From Albugo candida (lineage: Eukaryota): a stretch of DNA of 38,121 bases. The DNA lies in the NCBI GenBank assembly GCA_040437565.1, contig JBDOQK010000002.1, forward strand, positions 1,054,001 through 1,092,121, given 5' to 3'. The translations under genes and the position numbers were made by a program. Below, in pieces: positions 35,946-38,121 of this stretch (position 1 is the stretch's first letter; each line of letters begins with the position of its first letter). The notes beneath the pieces were generated by a model. That model did not search any database. It saw only the letters and a program-made list of their open reading frames with translations, and was not told the origin of the DNA.

Positions 35946-36354
35946 CAGTTGAAGGTGTCTATATTACTAGAATTAGACTAACTGACTTCTCTAGTTGCCT
36001 AGGCTATCTTAAATAACATATCTACATATAAAAACGTTTCGTGAAATACCTGTGAGAGATGATAATATGTCTTCTCCTTGATAATCACGTNNNNNNNNNN
36101 NNNNNNNNNNNNNNNNNNNNNNNNNNNNNNNNNNNNNNNNNNNNNNNNNNNNNNNNNNNNNNNNNNNNNNNNNNNNNNNNNNNNNNNNNNCATGAGGGTT
36201 GCCACGTCACGACAAGTGGACGCTAGCACCCTGGGTTGTGTCGATATGTCGACTTGAACCATTGTTTTCGAGAGGAAAGAGTTGAAAAAAGTTGTTTTTC
36301 CGAGTTGTTTTTACTAAATTGGCGGGTTGCTTAGTAGCCGGCAAATTGAGAAGT
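35946..36354 (-). mobile_element. LINE copy 3: 5' end with ORF1 start (ATG 36262, MVQVDISTQPRVLASTC..) and 3' end, interior in gap 36091-36190
   Basis: Reverse complement matches both the 5' end (TCTCAATTTGCCGGCTACTAAGCAACCCGCC...) and the 3' end (...ATATAGACACCTTCAACTG) of the other copies. No clear TSD. Confidence 0.85.
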
Positions 36355-36356
36355 GG
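36343..36356 (-). promoter_or_regulatory. Oomycete INR/FPR core-promoter motif at the LINE 5' terminus
   Basis: CCACTTCTCAATTT fits YCAYTYYNCAWTTT and lies ~90 nt upstream of the ORF1 ATG. Copy 2 has CCACGTCTCAATTT (13667-13680). Confidence 0.7.
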
Positions 36357-37199
36357 ATAAGCAATCTCAGCCGATGCAGTTAACGCGTTCATTGTTTGGA
36401 ATAAATCTATGATGGAATATCTGTATGAGTGTTCGCGACATAAGAGATTAGCTGATTGATATAGAAAGCTGAGAATCTTGATTTTGTTCCTTTCGAGTGA
36501 ATTGAGTGGTAGTGAGTTTAGCGGTGGTAGTTGTTACAAGTGAGTGAATATTGAATTCCGTCTAACGTCAATTTGCGTGAATCTTAACCAATGGATTAGG
36601 GGGTGAGTGAATACTAACGGCTCCCAAAATAAATTATAAAAAAGAGCAATTTAATGCAATGTTCAGAAATTCTGGTACGCGAAAAAAAATCCGTCGGTGT
36701 TCATGAAATACCGTCCTTAAGTAAAAGGAGACCATGACCCTGCTATTATTCTCATCACCTTCGACACGGGTCATTTCCAGACAAACGCCATCAGAACTTT
36801 CTCCGAATTTGTGTAATTGTTGCTATATGACTTCTAGTTGCTCAGTTGACTCTATGGCAGCGGTTTTTATAATATTTCTGTAAACAGGTTAGCTCTTGCC
36901 GTTTCCCATGAACCGAAAGGTTTTAGTCACGCCTACGTGACTACTCTTCAGATTTAACGGATGCCAACGACTTCTGCTACAGTTCTCAATTACAAACGAG
37001 AACATTTTTTCCTCTCCGTGACTTACCTTCCACCAACTCAACTATGCATCGTAAGAATGGCACTGCTAATTGAGCGCACATTATAGCAAGGAGGGAATAC
37101 TAGAAGGGAAGCAAATGGTAACTAATGCCACACTTTTATTTCTCAGATACAACGAATTCAATCGACTTGTCCTCGACATTAAGATGGAGCTTTTGCTTC

Positions 37200-37900
37200 C
37201 GCCGAACGACAGCGATATATAAAAGGATGCTGCCATTCACGCAAGAGGACGAATATGGCAGCCGTGAAGAATTGATTTCCGCATCTCATAAATGGGCTCG
37301 TGGCAAGGAATACGCAGTGACTATCAAATGTTTGGTTACCGAAAAAAATGCATATTTGAAATATGACCGTGGTGGCGCACACCTGTCTCAAGTATCACAA
37401 CGGAAGCGACAGAGAACATCTCGACACATTAAATGTCCCTTTCACCTCTTCTAGATTATAAAAAACGGAAAAGTGGAAGTTAAACACGAAACAAAGCGAG
37501 CACAATCACAGATGCTCTCTTCATCCCTCCGGGCAGTCGCCCGTTATAAAGCCCACCAAAAAATAGGCGGAAGAAGTGTAGAAAACGACGAATGCGGGTG
37601 TCAAACCGACTGCAATTTTAGCAACGCTAATGGCGACGAAAAAATATACCTTCGCAGCCTGCGCAATAAGTACAACGAACGAGTGAACGTTCAAATCTAA
37701 AACTGGGTTTGCTCTCTTGAAAGCCGTTCTGTCGTGACTCCAACAAATGATTATATTTTGTGAACACAACTTCGAATATCTATTTTGTGAAGCACCGAGA
37801 GAATCACTTTTCTTGTTGGTGGATTCGAATTTTCGCATTATATCACATTCTTTCTCTTAGAAGACCAAAATTGTTAGCAATCCCGTTTCATAGATAACGA
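37200..37900 (+). pseudogene. MULE/Mutator-like transposase remnant (FAR1/WRKY-like DNA-binding N-terminus)
   Basis: YGSREELISASHKWARGKEYAVTIK...YLKYDRGG...RKRQRTSRHIKCPFHL, then EHNH (frameshifted, ~37498) and AGVKPTAILATL. Confidence 0.75.
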
Positions 37901-38121
37901 GAAAAACACTTACTCAGAAATTCTTGTCTACATGAGAACGGTCGTAAATCCTATATGGACACTCCATACACGCGGGCAATTTAACACTGGTATCAAATCG
38001 TGGTACAAGTGTCTTTCCATTGCCAAAGAAATATACTCATCTGCTATATTCAGTGAATAGTACTGATAGCGTGAGACTATATGCTGATGTCATTTTGCAT
38101 TAGTCTTGGAACTTTTAATAC

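Larger units (their letters stand above)
2259..36190. other. Nine 100-N scaffold gaps: 2259-2358, 4081-4180, 6470-6569, 8679-8778, 13738-13837, 17719-17818, 19667-19766, 31871-31970, 36091-36190
   Basis: Directly visible. The uniform length indicates placeholder gaps of unknown size. Confidence 0.98.

Noticed and set aside
35930-36370. TSD for LINE copy 3
   Set aside because: The flanks share only weak similarity (ATAA.GCA), and the gap may join ends of different copies.

Overview
Eukaryotic scaffold with nine 100-N gaps. It is most likely an oomycete (Albugo-like; inferred from the TE families, short introns and an INR/FPR promoter motif). 1-17.6 kb is a nested transposon graveyard: a Tc1 remnant, a decayed Gypsy containing a 5'-truncated LINE, a TIR-bounded IS630/Tc1/mariner element with a long D-E spacer, and a Copia > Gypsy > LINE nest. 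18-32 kb is a gene island: a putative micro-exon gene, an F-box/SNF2/RING helicase, an inner-arm dynein heavy chain (DNAH1-like) and TBCCD1. 33-38 kb holds Copia, LINE and MULE remnants. Best observations: (1) the 3' UTR of one LINE copy carries the C-terminal 72 codons of a host DNAJC3-like J-protein in place of 50 nt of its own sequence; (2) a consensus AT-AC U12-type intron in TBCCD1; (3) a dynein heavy chain with an open ~900-aa tail, a decayed linker and no motor domain; (4) a poly(A)-less LINE family whose 5' end is the oomycete INR/FPR core promoter. Five of the gap-flanking exact duplications look like assembly artefacts. All protein identifications come from motif recognition by eye, not database searches.
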